From Thermofilaceae archaeon (GTDB lineage: Archaea > Thermoproteota > Thermoprotei > Thermofilales > Thermofilaceae): 64,000 nt of DNA. The stretch lies in contig JAVYWK010000006.1 of the NCBI GenBank assembly GCA_038727095.1, positions 1 through 64,000 of the forward strand. Direction: 5' to 3'. A program made the translations under genes and the position numbers. Below, in pieces: positions 53,208 through 62,670 of the stretch. Position 1 is the first letter of the stretch, and every line of letters starts with the position of its first letter. Below the pieces are notes generated by a model. The model was not told the DNA's origin. It made no database searches and saw only the letters and a list, made by a program, of their open reading frames with translations.

Positions 53208-54088
53208 ACTCAGGATACTCGGATACGCAACAGTCTTTTTCTAAGCTTGGCTTTAACCGTGTGCGCGCGTGCTTAGCGTATAGTGTCAATGATCCCGCTG
53301 GCTCAGGCATCGCAAAGGCCATACTTACGCTAGTTGAGTATGTGTCAATGAAGCTTCCGTTGGCTTCAGAATCTTACGAAATCCCACGCTTAAACGCCGT
53401 CCTTGCCGGCTTCAACGAGGATGTTCTCTACTTTGAGTTCCTCGACGAAGTATGCCTCGCGGACTTCTACTTGGTGCTCTCGCGTCACTCAAGCGAAGCT
53501 GGTGTCAAGTCCTTCACTGTCCACCATCCCGGAAACCCGATGAGAACCGCCGTAGCGGGTGGTAGACCCCTGGAATTACCACCTTCCAACCCACTGCTGT
53601 CTAGGCGTCTCTTAGTCTCCCTAGCCAGGAGGGTGGAGAGGATGCCAGGTTTCGTTGTTTCATACGAGGTAACCCACCACGGCCCCTCCTCCCTGCGGAA
53701 GCCAGTAACGTTCGTGGAGATAGGCAGTAGCATGAGTGAGTGGGTTCTCCGCGAGGCACACTCGCTTGTGGCGGAGGCAGTATTAGATGCCCTGACCAGC
53801 CCGGAAGAGCTTTGCACTATAGCCGTTGGGGTCGGGGGCAACCATTATGCCCCGATTTTCACTAGGCGTGCGCTAGAGGGGCGTGAAGCTTATGGCCACA
53901 TGATAGCTAGCTACGCTCTCAAGGATCTGGACGACCCCGAGCTTGTGCAGAAGGTCGTACGAGAAGCTTGCATTAAGAGTTCTGTGCCGACGAACAAGCT
54001 AGTGGTGGAAAAGAAGCTCAAACGATCTTGGCGCGACGCTCTAGAAAAGATAGCCACAGAGCTCAACCTTCAGGTCGAGTACGTCTAG
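53204..54088 (+). CDS. dtdA: D-aminoacyl-tRNA deacylase (archaeal DTD2/GEK1 type)
   Basis: DPAG, LSRHSS, TVHHPGN, EVTHHGPS, FVEIGS, GGNHYAP. Confidence 0.92.
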   Translation: MNSGYSDTQQSFSKLGFNRVRACLAYSVNDPAGSGIAKAILTLVEYVSMKLPLASESYEIPRLNAVLAGFNEDVLYFEFLDEVCLADFYLVLSRHSSEAGVKSFTVHHPGNPMRTAVAGGRPLELPPSNPLLSRRLLVSLARRVERMPGFVVSYEVTHHGPSSLRKPVTFVEIGSSMSEWVLREAHSLVAEAVLDALTSPEELCTIAVGVGGNHYAPIFTRRALEGREAYGHMIASYALKDLDDPELVQKVVREACIKSSVPTNKLVVEKKLKRSWRDALEKIATELNLQVEYV

Positions 54089-54122
54089 TCATCTTTTTTA
54101 AATAAGGTAGGGTGGGAGGATC

Positions 54123-54851
54123 GTGTACCTTAAAGTGGATTTTGGGGAAAGGGGGGACGTGGCCGTCTGGGTAGACAGCGATCTGAAGGGTTTACCATTA
54201 GACAGCGTCGCAAGGCGGTGGAGGCACGAGATCTACTTCGAAGCTCCGCTTGACGTACAAGGGGAGGGGGTGGTTATTGCGGAAAGAGGCATGTTCGCCT
54301 ATTGGAGGCAAGGTCGAGCTCTCTGCATATTTCACGGGTTTAGTCAGCCCTACGCTCCAGTCGTGAAGATGGGATTCGTAGTTGGAAGCCCCGATGTTTT
54401 GTACGCGGTTGAGGACGGAACCCCAGTTCGCATCAGCGAGCATGTGGATTACGGGAGGGAGGGCGAGATCGCTAACGCCTTGAGAAGCAGGGGCCTAAAG
54501 GCAGCGTCCCACTCCTGGGAGGGCGAGGAACGAGTGGGCGTATTGGTCGAAGGCGCGGAAGCTCGTTTAGGGGTGGAAGTGTTCGTGGAGGATGAAGGAT
54601 TCTACGCCGAAACGCAGACGCTGGCCTTCTTCGATCAAAGCCCCTCCACGCTTGCCTTCTACCGGATGCTGAAGCGCGAGCTAGCACCCACTGGCATAAG
54701 ACCCGATGTGAACGATGAGGGGTTCATTGTTCTGACCTGCTGCCCGAGCAGTATCGAAGAGCTAGCTAGGGACCTCAAGCGCCTGCTGTCAGCTTACATC
54801 TACGCTGAGAAAACGATGGAGACGTTCTACGCTGTGCGTAGACCGGCGTGA
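54123..54851 (+). CDS. Cyclophilin-like fold protein with C-terminal extension
   Basis: RWRHEIYF...AYWRQGRALCIFHG pattern of TM1367/DUF369-like proteins. Confidence 0.6.
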   Translation: MYLKVDFGERGDVAVWVDSDLKGLPLDSVARRWRHEIYFEAPLDVQGEGVVIAERGMFAYWRQGRALCIFHGFSQPYAPVVKMGFVVGSPDVLYAVEDGTPVRISEHVDYGREGEIANALRSRGLKAASHSWEGEERVGVLVEGAEARLGVEVFVEDEGFYAETQTLAFFDQSPSTLAFYRMLKRELAPTGIRPDVNDEGFIVLTCCPSSIEELARDLKRLLSAYIYAEKTMETFYAVRRPA

Positions 54852-55726
54852 GTGACAGTTAACGGGAGCCTGGGCTTAAAACTCTCGTCAAGGTCGACGT
54901 ACCCGATCATTTGCACTTCAAGTTCCACTCTGCCTTCTTCCCTTGCTATCGCTATCCTTTTCAAGAGGTCATACGGGTCGCTAGCGTCGAATAGCGCGTA
55001 TCCTGCCAAACAGTTAAGCCTCGGCATGAGAATGTACACATGGCGGGCCCTCAACAGTGTGGATAACCACTCCTCAGAGGGGGCCTTAACTTCGGCGAAG
55101 AGAAGCGGTTTGGCATGCATTTTCTCCGGGTGAAAGTCTACTAGGACCTGAAGGATTTTTCTAACGTGAAACCTGTAGTGGTAGGATAACCGGCTCTTAC
55201 TAACAGTAGGTGTGCTTTCTGTCACGTGGGCGAAAAGATCCTCGTAAAGATTGAGCATAATCACCCAATCCTCGTAATCTGGTTCTAGCTTGGGTGCTCT
55301 CGGCAGCAAGGTACCTCGATTGGGCCTTAGATCAACTATATCGTACCACGGTGCTGTAGTGTAAATGTCGAAGAGCTCCTCTACCACCGCCCCTCGAAGC
55401 TTCATGTAGCCTAGAAAAACGCTAAGGTTTCGAGGGATAAGGTAGATGCCCGCTTCGAGGATGCCCCCGCTGAAACGGTAGATCTTCAAACGACAGACCA
55501 AAAAACCATTATCGGGGGGTTGGTAGCCACAGAACGCGATAAAGACCCTTCCTAGCGAAGAAAGGAAGGGATAGCCCCTCAGCTTAACCCCAGCGCGCTT
55601 CAACTTCCCTAAAACTTCATAGACGTACTGCTTCGATACGCCAGCAAGCTTAGCGGCTTCTGACACATCACCTCTTGCTTCCACGAGCGCGGCTAAGATT
55701 CTAGTCTTGCTCTCCGTCAGCACCAC
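54827..55726 (-). CDS. HTH-containing transcriptional regulator-like protein
   Basis: N-terminal HTH VSEAAKLAGVSKQYVYEVLGKL; second degenerate HTH VSKSRLSYHY. Confidence 0.65.
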   Translation of the reverse strand: MVLTESKTRILAALVEARGDVSEAAKLAGVSKQYVYEVLGKLKRAGVKLRGYPFLSSLGRVFIAFCGYQPPDNGFLVCRLKIYRFSGGILEAGIYLIPRNLSVFLGYMKLRGAVVEELFDIYTTAPWYDIVDLRPNRGTLLPRAPKLEPDYEDWVIMLNLYEDLFAHVTESTPTVSKSRLSYHYRFHVRKILQVLVDFHPEKMHAKPLLFAEVKAPSEEWLSTLLRARHVYILMPRLNCLAGYALFDASDPYDLLKRIAIAREEGRVELEVQMIGYVDLDESFKPRLPLTVTHAGLRTA

Positions 55727-55808
55727 TCCGAAAACCCCAACCCTGTGATTAACGTATCGCTTTTCCGCACACGAAACAGTTTAATACCGTAGATAAGCTC
55801 GCACCTTC

Positions 55809-56159
55809 ATGAGCCAGGAGGAGATGTTCGACAAGTACGATAAGTTCGTGCTTGCCGGTATACAGCGAGAGTACTTCGGCAGCCTACTGTTCTCACGGGG
55901 AGCATTAACTCAGCACGAGTTCGTCGCTCGCATGATCGCTGAACTAACAGGCGCGCCCCAGGGGACGAGAGCTTACGAGGAGCTTGTCGCAAGACTAACG
56001 CAATCTGTGAAGAAGCTTGCCGAGTGGGGGCTTCTCGACCTTAAGGAGTACGAAGTTAAACTCACGGACTGGGGCCTTAGCGTTGCAGGCTCAGTCGGCA
56101 GCGAAGAATACCAGAAGATAAAGGACGATTTGGCGAAGGCAGCTGGCCGCAGGAAGTAA
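55809..56159 (+). CDS. Small winged-helix-like hypothetical protein
   Basis: SVKKLAEWGLL...VKLTDWG wing motif. Confidence 0.6.
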   Translation: MSQEEMFDKYDKFVLAGIQREYFGSLLFSRGALTQHEFVARMIAELTGAPQGTRAYEELVARLTQSVKKLAEWGLLDLKEYEVKLTDWGLSVAGSVGSEEYQKIKDDLAKAAGRRK

Positions 56160-57140
56160 CTAGACCTCCACCCCTGTTCCACGCGCGTTTAGGAACTCTT
56201 TCAGCTCAAAGCGCCTAGGCATTGCAGTTGTTGCCCCCCTCCTCGTGCACTTCATAGCGGCGACGGCGTTGGCCAGCAGTACAGCTTCCCTCAAGTCGCG
56301 CCCCTCAATCAGCCGGAAAGTGATGAAGCCGGCAGTCCAAGCGTCACCCGCGCCCGTCGTATCAACAACGTGGACTTTAAAGGCCTCTACTAACGCCTCC
56401 TCTCCCTCGCGCGAAACGACGTAAGCACCCCTCGATCCAAGCCTGACTGCTACGTGCTCCAAGTCGGGTTTCTGCTCGAGGATAAAGGAGGTGGCTCGCC
56501 TGTAGTCCTCCGTGCCTAGCAGAGGTAGTAGCTCATCAAAGCCGAGCGTGATCAGAGTTGCGTACTCAGCAGCTCTGAGAAATTCGCGCTTGGCTCGATC
56601 AATTTCGCCCAGCCATATATCGCTCCTGAAGTTGGGATCGAGAGATACGTGTGCCCCTTGCCTCTTTAAAACCTCCATTAGCCTAAGTACTGTTTCCGAG
56701 ATTGGGGGTTGGGAGAGAGCTACCCCCGACACATGTAGTACCTTGGCGGCTTTTACAGCCTCCCAGTCGATGTCCCTATCCTCGAGCAGGCAATCAGCCG
56801 TCCTGACCCAAGGCGCTCTGTAGAAGAAGAACTCCCGCTCTCCTTCTGGCCTGGCTATCACGAAAGCCAGGCTCGTACGAGCTTTTTTGACGGAGAGCCA
56901 GCCCGTGAAAACCCCCTCTTCACTCAAGTATCTGATGAGCATCTCGCCGAAAGCATCGTCACCAACAGCTCCGATGAAAGCTGTTGGAACACCGAGCTTA
57001 GAAAGCCCGACAGCTACGTTGGCTGGCGCTCCGCCAAAGTGTACCTCGAGAGTTAACCCCTCCCTATAGGTCCCAACCTCGGTTGGTATGAGGTCGACAA
57101 GAATCTCCCCCGCGCAAACGGCTATCGGTTCCACAGGCAT
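56160..57140 (-). CDS. PfkB family carbohydrate kinase; start probably ATG at 57140
   Basis: GGAPANVA, VGDDAFG, DPNFR, DTTGAGDAW. Confidence 0.92.
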   Translation of the reverse strand: MPVEPIAVCAGEILVDLIPTEVGTYREGLTLEVHFGGAPANVAVGLSKLGVPTAFIGAVGDDAFGEMLIRYLSEEGVFTGWLSVKKARTSLAFVIARPEGEREFFFYRAPWVRTADCLLEDRDIDWEAVKAAKVLHVSGVALSQPPISETVLRLMEVLKRQGAHVSLDPNFRSDIWLGEIDRAKREFLRAAEYATLITLGFDELLPLLGTEDYRRATSFILEQKPDLEHVAVRLGSRGAYVVSREGEEALVEAFKVHVVDTTGAGDAWTAGFITFRLIEGRDLREAVLLANAVAAMKCTRRGATTAMPRRFELKEFLNARGTGVEV

Positions 57141-57242
57141 GGAAAACTCTTGTAGTGTAATAAGCCTATTCAAAATCGGCGGTCGCGGCTTTGCGTAAGG
57201 TTGATATGTAGTACTTTCCAAAGATCTTTGGAAGGTGGTTCG

Positions 57243-57671
57243 ATGGTCTCCGCGCCTTGGTACCGACCGGGTTTTTCCGATGCTGCAGCGCTGCTTTCAA
57301 TGATGCTCGCGACGCTCGGTATACCGCGAAGTTGTGCCAGAGTACTGGCCGTTCTCTATCTTTCGGAGAAGCCCCTCACCAGCAGGGAGCTTGCGGAACT
57401 CACTGGCTACAGCAGATCGACGATATCGGCGGCCACTCGAATGCTCGCAAGCCGCAGGATGATACGTAAGCTGAGGCGGGGGAGGCACGACACGTACGTC
57501 GCGCATATCGGTTTATCCCAGTTACTCCTTGAGGCTCAGATTAGCCTGCTAGAGCATGTAGTGAAGAAGATCGGAGAGATCAGGTTGAAGATCAATTCAA
57601 CCCTGGGCAATAAGCTCGCCGCGGTCGAACGCGAGTTGACGGACCTGATCTCTATATTCAAGGGTGAGTGA
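57243..57671 (+). CDS. MarR/GbsR-like HTH transcriptional regulator
   Basis: LGIPRSCARVLAVLYLSEKPLTSRELAELTGYSRSTIS. Confidence 0.8.
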   Translation: MVSAPWYRPGFSDAAALLSMMLATLGIPRSCARVLAVLYLSEKPLTSRELAELTGYSRSTISAATRMLASRRMIRKLRRGRHDTYVAHIGLSQLLLEAQISLLEHVVKKIGEIRLKINSTLGNKLAAVERELTDLISIFKGE

Positions 57672-57882
57672 AGATATGAAAGGGAGCGAGACATTTGAAT
57701 TTGAAATTTCGGCAGAGGATACGCCTATAGAGACTGCTCTAGAAAAACGGCTGAAAGCAAGTACCAATAGGAGAGTAGTTGTCAAAATCAGGGGTGGAGG
57801 AGATAGGATCTCTGTAATCGAGCGTTTGAGAGACCTCCTGTCCGCGAACATCAGTAGGACGGTGGTCATCTATGTCGAGTAA
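57664..57882 (+). CDS. Small hypothetical protein
   Basis: Overlap-coupled between regulator and radical SAM gene. Confidence 0.5.
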   Translation: MSEDMKGSETFEFEISAEDTPIETALEKRLKASTNRRVVVKIRGGGDRISVIERLRDLLSANISRTVVIYVE

Positions 57883-59395
57883 GACAACCCCCACTTTCGA
57901 TATCCTCATCACATCGGACAGGACAATGATGACGAACCACCACGGTAGGGAGTTCCTCGGTTTCGTGACAACAGGTCCTCCACTCGGGCTTCCAGAGAAG
58001 ATATGGATGTGGATGTGCGCGCCCAAGCCGAAGGTCGACGAAGTTGGTAGGCCCGTCGAAGCCCCCTACGGCCTGAGAAAGGTGGAGGCTGCTCTGCTGG
58101 ACGCTGGGTTCAGCGCGGCGATCATTGATCCGGATCACTTGGCCAGACATTTACGGCATGCGAAGGTGCTGATGATAGGCCATCACGACTACTTCGCTCT
58201 CAACTCACCCAGCATCGAGTGGTGGCTCCTGACGGGCAAGGAGCCGGTCAATAGGAGGAGCTTCCTCAGGTTGATGAGGAGGCCGGAAATACGCGAGGCC
58301 AAGCGGAGAGGCCTCAAGATAATCGTGGGTGGGCCCGCGGCGTGGCAGTGGCTGTGGAATACGAGCTTCTGGCGTGAATTCGGGATTGATACTGTCGTGG
58401 ATGGCGAAGCTGAGAGAGTAATAATCGAGCTGGCAGAGAAAGCTCTCGCTGGAGAGGAGCTGCCACTGTACGTTTACGTCGGCCCCCCCGATACCCCTCA
58501 CATCGACGAGATCCCCGAGATCAAGGGAGCGAGCGTCAACGGGCTTGTCGAAATAATGAGGGGATGCCCAAGAAATTGCAGCTTCTGCCCAGTTACTTTA
58601 AGGCCTCTGCGCTTCTACCCCCTCGACAAGATCGAGAAGGAAATGCAAGTAAACGCACGAGCGGGCCTGAGAGGCTGCATCCTCCACTCCGAAGACGTGC
58701 TTTTGTATGGCGCTAAGGGTTTAGAACCGAACCCCGATGCTCTAATCAAACTGCACGTCCTCGCAAAGAAATACTTCAAGACGCTGGCGTGGAGCCACGT
58801 CACTCTCGCTGAGGTGAGGTACGCGCAGGAGAGAAGCAATCTAATAACGAAGCTTACAGAAGTGGTCCTGGATGAAAATCAAGATTACCTAGGCGTACAG
58901 ATCGGCCTTGAAACTGGCTCCGTAAGGCTAGCGAAGGAAATCATGCCAGCTAAGGCGGCACCGTACTCTGTCGAAGAGTGGCCAGAGACGGTAGAAAGAG
59001 CGATGGCGATCCTTCACGAGCACAGAATCATCCCTGCTTTAACTTTAATCCTCGGCTTACCCAATGAAACCGAGGAGGATTTGATAGCCACAGCCGAATT
59101 GCTAGATAAGCTGAGGGATTACCGCAGCCTTATCGTACCAATGTTTTTCGTCCCACTAGGCCAGCTCAAGAGCCGCAGCTGGTTCCTCAGGGAGCACATC
59201 AAGGATGAGCACATAGAAGTAATGAGGAGGTGTTTATGGCATTCCATCAGATGGGCCGAGGACATGCTTTCCAAGTTTTACTTAAAGGGACCGCAGCATG
59301 CTCCTTTGCGACTGGTCTTAAAGCTCTTCGTATCCTATGTCAAATGGAGAGGAAGGCAGGTTGAGAAGTGGTTGAACAGCATTAGAACAGGTTAA
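57872..59395 (+). CDS. Radical SAM protein with B12-binding-like N-terminal domain
   Basis: APYGLRKVEA, IIVGGP, VDGEAE, RGCPRNCSFC (CxxxCxxC), IGLETGS. Confidence 0.9.
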   Translation: MSSKTTPTFDILITSDRTMMTNHHGREFLGFVTTGPPLGLPEKIWMWMCAPKPKVDEVGRPVEAPYGLRKVEAALLDAGFSAAIIDPDHLARHLRHAKVLMIGHHDYFALNSPSIEWWLLTGKEPVNRRSFLRLMRRPEIREAKRRGLKIIVGGPAAWQWLWNTSFWREFGIDTVVDGEAERVIIELAEKALAGEELPLYVYVGPPDTPHIDEIPEIKGASVNGLVEIMRGCPRNCSFCPVTLRPLRFYPLDKIEKEMQVNARAGLRGCILHSEDVLLYGAKGLEPNPDALIKLHVLAKKYFKTLAWSHVTLAEVRYAQERSNLITKLTEVVLDENQDYLGVQIGLETGSVRLAKEIMPAKAAPYSVEEWPETVERAMAILHEHRIIPALTLILGLPNETEEDLIATAELLDKLRDYRSLIVPMFFVPLGQLKSRSWFLREHIKDEHIEVMRRCLWHSIRWAEDMLSKFYLKGPQHAPLRLVLKLFVSYVKWRGRQVEKWLNSIRTG

Positions 59396-59412
59396 ACAGG
59401 CGTGAAAGTGTT

Positions 59413-60813
59413 TCAAAGCAGCTTAAGGATTCCAGCAGGGTACGTACCCAGCGCGATTAAAAGGGTAGAAAACAAAAGCAAGGCTAAGGTGGTGCTACAC
59501 CATTCCTCCTTTAACACGATTCTGGGGCTTCCAAAAAAGACCCTCTTAAACAACCAGAGGCTATAGGCCGAGCACAGAACAAGCGCTAGAGCTACAGCTA
59601 GCATCAATGCGATTCCCTCTATACCAGTGCCCATTGATGAAGCTACGCCGGCCAAAATCGCAACCTCGGCCCAGAATCCCAGTGTAGGAGGCAATCCTGC
59701 AAGCGAGAGAACCGCGATCAGAACTCCAATGGCGGATTTAGAAGCTGAGGAGGCTAAACCACCCAGCTGTGTTATCGATCTTACTTCAAGCTCCTCCTCA
59801 AAGTACCCGAAAGCAAGGAGGAGCGAGTTCTTTGCTAGTGCGTGCTCGATTGAGAGAAGGACCACTCCCGCCAAACCGGCTTTGCCGCAGGCCGTTGAAA
59901 CGAGAAAGAGCCCACCTCCCCCGATGGAGGCGTAAGCTAACAGCTTCCTATAGTCGATCTGGGCTAGCGCAATCAAACTACCGTAAACCGCCGTGAGGAT
60001 GCCTAGCATGACAAGGGGAAAAACTGCGTCCAGTGTACTGAAGACGTGAGGCCATATGACCAGCAGCCTTGCTACAGCCCATCCCGCTACACCCTCAGCG
60101 GCCATCATAACTCCGGTCAGCGGCTGTGGGGCTACTGAGTAGACGTCTGGCAGCCAAATGTGCAGAGGAAAGACCGCTAACTTAACGAGGGGGGCGGCGA
60201 GCAGCAACGCTAGCAGGTTCGCGGCCTCTTGGGGGGTGACAGTTGCTGAACTTAATCGATCAAACCTGAAGGTGCCGAATTCATCGTACACTAACGCTAA
60301 TCCGAGCAGGGTTACGAGAGCCCCAGTTTCCGTGAACAGCAGGTACTTGCTAGCAGCTTCTCCCGCTCGATGACCCCCAGTCAACAATAGGAGGAGCCAC
60401 GACGACAGAAGGTACGCTTCGAATAGCAAGAAAAAGGTTGTTAGAGAACCGGACAAGGGTGTCGCGAGCAAAGCTGCAGAAGAGATCAGGTAGAGGGCGT
60501 AGTAGAACCTAGGGTCTACGCTCCTAGCTCTACGCCGCATAAAGTACGGTGAGACTGCCGCTTGCGCAGCACATATCACAGATGTAAATGTAGCGAAGAG
60601 CAAGTTGAAGCCGCTACCCTCGAGGACTATTAAATCCAGAGCTCGTTCAATGGGGTACTCCTCAACGGGCCTCTGAATAATGGCCAGGAGCAGGAGAAAG
60701 GAGCTTAGAATTAAGGCTGCAGCTGCAACAATAGATGAAAACCTCCAAGTCTTAGCAACCAGTACAGGTGCGATAGCGATTAGGGGTGCTAACAAGGTTA
60801 GGGAGAGCAGCAC
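59413..60813 (-). CDS. NuoM/MrpD-like proton-translocating membrane subunit
   Basis: FFLLFE, VKLAVFPLHIWLPDVY, KLLAYASI, SLAGLPP.LGFWAE. Confidence 0.85.
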   Translation of the reverse strand: MLLSLTLLAPLIAIAPVLVAKTWRFSSIVAAAALILSSFLLLLAIIQRPVEEYPIERALDLIVLEGSGFNLLFATFTSVICAAQAAVSPYFMRRRARSVDPRFYYALYLISSAALLATPLSGSLTTFFLLFEAYLLSSWLLLLLTGGHRAGEAASKYLLFTETGALVTLLGLALVYDEFGTFRFDRLSSATVTPQEAANLLALLLAAPLVKLAVFPLHIWLPDVYSVAPQPLTGVMMAAEGVAGWAVARLLVIWPHVFSTLDAVFPLVMLGILTAVYGSLIALAQIDYRKLLAYASIGGGGLFLVSTACGKAGLAGVVLLSIEHALAKNSLLLAFGYFEEELEVRSITQLGGLASSASKSAIGVLIAVLSLAGLPPTLGFWAEVAILAGVASSMGTGIEGIALMLAVALALVLCSAYSLWLFKRVFFGSPRIVLKEEWCSTTLALLLFSTLLIALGTYPAGILKLL

Positions 60814-62670
60814 CTACCTACCACCCGCTAGAAAAAGGGAAAGCAACGCTAAAAGTGCTAGAATCCACAAAAGCTCCCTAAGGTTGATAACGCCCACTTG
60901 CACTCTAGCTACTTTACTGAAGCCCTCCACAAAGAAGCGGACGCTAAGCTTTATCACCCGGTTGTACGAATCCTCAAAAACCCGCGCGGCTTCCGCTAGA
61001 GACAAAGTACAATTCGAAATGTAGTAGTAGAGGGCGTTAATATAGAACCTCCTCTTTAAGACTTTCAGCACGATAGTAGGTAGAGGTGCAACTACGTGCC
61101 CTCTGTACACTAGGAAAGCAGTTGCGGTCCCAATTGCCGCGGAAGCAAGGCTCAAGGCGCTGGTAAAGATCTGCTGGCTTGGGACGCTCTCGTTAAATGT
61201 TAAACCGAAGAAAACTCCAAGCGTTAGGCCGGTTAATGCTAGCATTAAGCAGGGGATGATTTCCAGAGGAGCGTCCGATCGATCCTCACATTGCTTACCT
61301 CTAGCTAACAGCATTAGCATTCGAACTGTGTAGAAGGCTGTAATAGCGGTCGTGAGGAGGGTGAGTGTGAACAAGATAGAGTACCGGGATAGAAGAAGAA
61401 GCACCTGCTCTTTGCTCCAGTACCCGGCAAAGGGTGGAATTCCTATGAGAGAAAGGGCGGACAAAAGCATCGCTGCGTACGCGAGTTTATGCTTCCCATT
61501 CGAGCAAAAAAGATCCTTGTAGAACCTCGACCCCTCTGCGTGTATTACTACGCCAGCTGCGAGAAATAATGACGATTTGAAGAAAGCATGGCTAACTGCA
61601 TGCATCACAGCGGCAGGAACGGCTCTCCCTCCGTAGTACCAGCTCGTTCCTAGAGCTGCCATCATGTATCCAATCTGGCTAGCCGTTGAGTAAGCCAGTG
61701 TTTTCTTCAACTCGCTCGTTGTACTCGCCTGGAGCGCAGCCAGCAGAGAGGTGATAGCACCGCTCCATGTTACGAGGTAAAAGAACAACCGAGCATCGAC
61801 AGCTGAACTCCAAGCTAGAGCGAGCTGCGAAAGTCGGGCTACGAGGTATACGCCCGCTTTCACCATTGTTGCTGCGTGCATCAGCGCGCTTACGCCGCTA
61901 GGTCCCGCCATAGCGTCTGGTAACCACTCGAGGAACGGTACCTGTGCGCTCTTACCCATCGCCCCGATGGCCATTAGCACGAGGGACAAAAGTAGAGCAT
62001 CCCTAACCGCTGAAGGTGCTCCGGAGCAGAGCTTCATGATAGACGACGACCCCGTAGCCGTTACCATTATGATTACTCCAACGATCATAAACGCGTCAGC
62101 GAATCTCGTTGTAAGGAAAGCCTTGAGCCCACAGTGAGAGGGTGTATACTCCTCCGGAGGTTCTCCAACCCACTGTGTTAGACGCGAGGACTCGCTATCT
62201 TGGTACCAATAGCTTATGAGAAGAAAACTGCATATGCTCACGATCTCCCAGCAAAAGAAAAGGAGCAAAATGTCTCCCGAAAGTACCAGCAGCTCCATGC
62301 TACCAAGGAAGAGCATGAGCAGTAGGTAGTACCTCGTCACCCCGGGATCTCCGCTCATGTAGCTAACTGAGTACACAAGCACGGCTAGCGATACCCACGA
62401 TACAATATTCATGAAAGTCAGGCTCAAACCATCTACTAGTAAGCTGAAGCTTAAGTTACCTATCCCAGGCACTTTTACCCACTCAACGGACAACGAGCCA
62501 ATCGGGCCGGAAGCCGCGAGAAAGCTAGTTAAAGCGGCAACAATGAGACCCACGGCTACCATTGACGCATCCCTGAGCCTACCATCTACCTTCGCAAGAA
62601 GTGGAATTAGGATGGCTGCTATTACTGGTAGGGCCCAGACAGCGTTAACAAGAACAAACATGTGATTCAC
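60814..62670 (-). CDS. NuoL/MrpA-like proton-translocating membrane subunit
   Basis: GKSAQVPFLEWLPDAMAGPSGVSALMHAATMVKAGVYL, LAYST.SQIGYM, HAFFKSSLF. Confidence 0.9.
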   Translation of the reverse strand: MNHMFVLVNAVWALPVIAAILIPLLAKVDGRLRDASMVAVGLIVAALTSFLAASGPIGSLSVEWVKVPGIGNLSFSLLVDGLSLTFMNIVSWVSLAVLVYSVSYMSGDPGVTRYYLLLMLFLGSMELLVLSGDILLLFFCWEIVSICSFLLISYWYQDSESSRLTQWVGEPPEEYTPSHCGLKAFLTTRFADAFMIVGVIIMVTATGSSSIMKLCSGAPSAVRDALLLSLVLMAIGAMGKSAQVPFLEWLPDAMAGPSGVSALMHAATMVKAGVYLVARLSQLALAWSSAVDARLFFYLVTWSGAITSLLAALQASTTSELKKTLAYSTASQIGYMMAALGTSWYYGGRAVPAAVMHAVSHAFFKSSLFLAAGVVIHAEGSRFYKDLFCSNGKHKLAYAAMLLSALSLIGIPPFAGYWSKEQVLLLLSRYSILFTLTLLTTAITAFYTVRMLMLLARGKQCEDRSDAPLEIIPCLMLALTGLTLGVFFGLTFNESVPSQQIFTSALSLASAAIGTATAFLVYRGHVVAPLPTIVLKVLKRRFYINALYYYISNCTLSLAEAARVFEDSYNRVIKLSVRFFVEGFSKVARVQVGVINLRELLWILALLALLSLFLAGGR